Assembly: GCA_040954595.2 (NCBI GenBank)
Contig: CM082585.2
Location: 4,985,808-5,049,807, forward strand
Direction: 5' to 3'
Source: Balanoglossus misakiensis
Lineage: Eukaryota > Animalia > Hemichordata
Length of the DNA: 64,000 bases
The notes below the pieces were generated by a model, which had not been told where the DNA came from, did no database searches, and saw nothing but the letters and a program-made list of their open reading frames with translations. The position numbers and the translations under genes are program-made. Within the stretch, counting starts at the first letter, position 1, and each line of letters starts with the position of its first letter. Of the stretch, positions 62,713 through 64,000 are shown piece by piece.

Positions 62713-63789
62713 CCTCTCTCTCTCGCTGTCTCATCCTTCAAATGTGCATTGGTCTGATTGGTCATCCACAGTTTATCAACATATGTAATTGATATGTGCA
62801 ACTTTTAAAGGGCGCCGCTCGTCTTATGCGCATGTTTCAAACCATAGAATTTGGTTACAAGAATTGTATAATTCAATGCCATAATTTACAGAATATTGGG
62901 ACTACACGTAATGTTTGTACGCACGAAATTACGCACATGCGCTTGAGACGAAGACATCGATAAAAACTGACTAAGCTGAATTCGATTTATGTCTAAAATG
63001 ACTCTGTATAATATTGTGAAAGTTCAAATAGGTGCCATGAAGAGTCTTCATGTTTGTCTGAGTCAGATTTTCGTTGAGCGAATCATATCATATCTTACTC
63101 CTTTCATAAATCCCTTTTTACAAAGTTTTTTTATCGCCTTTCACAGGAATTCTCATTCTCTTCGGACTGTTCTTGGCGTGGGAAACCCGGAATGTCAAGA
63201 TGGACGCTTTGAACGATTCCAAACACATCGGACTGTGTGTTTACAACGTCATGGTTCTGTCCGTCATCGGAGTGTCCGTGGTCAACATTTTGTCCGAGTA
63301 CCAGTTCGACGCTGCCTTCGCGGTTACATCTCTCAGTATCATATGCTGCACAGCATCGGTGTTGAGCATCCTCTTTGTGCCAAAGGTACGTCGGTAAACT
63401 TGAACTTGTACGGTTTTTGTCTAGAACTGGTAAAATAGAACTACAAACAACCGATCAAACGACAGAAAAAATGACAACCAATCAAATATCCGCGTTGAAT
63501 ATACCACAATCGTTTGCGGCAGTCGAAGACAATTTCATCTACTTTTGTTCTGATATTTGACATTTTCCATTGTCGGTAGGTGTTGAAACTACGTAATAAT
63601 GACGTCGGCACTTTGCACACGGCCAATCCTCCCGAGACATCCGTTAATAACTTGACGCCACGTGATCCCTGTGACGTGAAGACGGTGCGACCAATGTGTG
63701 ACTGCCGGTGCCATTCAACTACCATACAAACAGATCTCGGGAAATCTACTTTACAATTGCCCAAGGCCAGCACTTCGGAAACAATTTAA
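48245..63789 (+). CDS. GABA-B receptor-like class C GPCR (closer to subunit 2 at ligand positions), ~789 aa, 16 coding exons
   Basis: Phase-consistent exons 48245-48469, 52776-52913, 53609-53779, 54385-54486, 55089-55154, 55609-55818, 57084-57329, 58703-58766, 59282-59359, 60121-60271, 61032-61164, 61316-61423, 62036-62158, 62520-62625, 63147-63385, 63580-63789 total 2370 nt. Signal peptide; [11 protein letters not shown]...ILPGY; FPLFFRT; DARIIVGLF; [10 protein letters not shown]; [12 protein letters not shown]; FSKTWRVH; [19 protein letters not shown]; [14 protein letters not shown]; LFVPK. Confidence 0.95.
52942..53085. mobile_element. Small TIR element in a GABA-B-like intron
   Basis: TATGATGTCCGATCCATGACTAAATTACAACTCCT ... 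AGGAGTTGTAATTTTGTCATGAATTGGACACCATA (imperfect ~35-bp inverted repeats). Confidence 0.6.
53875..54248. repeat. Compound tetranucleotide microsatellite
   Basis: Successive tracts of GATA, GATG, GACG, GGCA, GACT, GAAT, GACT, GATC, GATT, GACT, GGTT. Confidence 0.95.
60433..60584. mobile_element. TAG...CTA element with 9-bp TSD nested in a TTAA-family element
   Basis: AATCATGAC at 60424-60432 and 60585-60593 flanks TAGACTCT...CAAGACTA; its 3' part recurs at ~20105-20169. Confidence 0.7.
61943..62011. repeat. (GTTT)n microsatellite
   Basis: Perfect tandem GTTT upstream of the 62036 splice acceptor. Confidence 0.95.
62648..62724. repeat. Poly-C / (CT)n microsatellite
   Basis: Directly visible. 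Confidence 0.9.
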
Positions 63790-64000
63790 ACACCACTTAA
63801 GGTTGTACGCGCTTCGAAAATCTTAAACTTCAAGTTCGCTCATATTTTGCTCAAGGCAAAGGTAGATTATCTCTTAAAATTGCGTATAAAAATTGGGGGT
63901 TATCGTGCAAAATTTTCGAAAATGTCTCAAATTTGTAATTCAAAACGGCGGTCAATCTTTGTGTTGAGTCTATTGAGAAGATTTTAAGAAGCAGTTTTCA

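Overview
Eukaryotic (animal) genomic DNA: AT-rich, spliceosomal GT-AG genes and dense small DNA-transposon relics. The gene content resembles an invertebrate deuterostome (inference). The dominant structure is a near-perfect inverted duplication. Positions 1-7487 are mirrored at 11229-18717 (the left arm runs off the window), and the spacer is exactly one 3,741-bp non-autonomous TIR element (TAG...CTA ends, Academ-like). An apparently identical inverted copy of that element sits at 26314-30054. Two older elements that begin in the left arm end just after 30055, so 7487 and 30055 look like the two sides of one original insertion site. This points to a transposon-end-driven rearrangement or an assembly artefact. 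Genes: two identical copies of a 3-exon galactose-3-O-sulfotransferase-like gene, two intronless class A (amine/adenosine-type) GPCRs, an 8-exon ~269-aa uncharacterised gene essentially missed by the ORF track, and a complete 16-exon ~789-aa GABA-B-like class C GPCR with non-canonical ligand-binding residues. All gene models and repeat family assignments were read by eye; no database search was possible.
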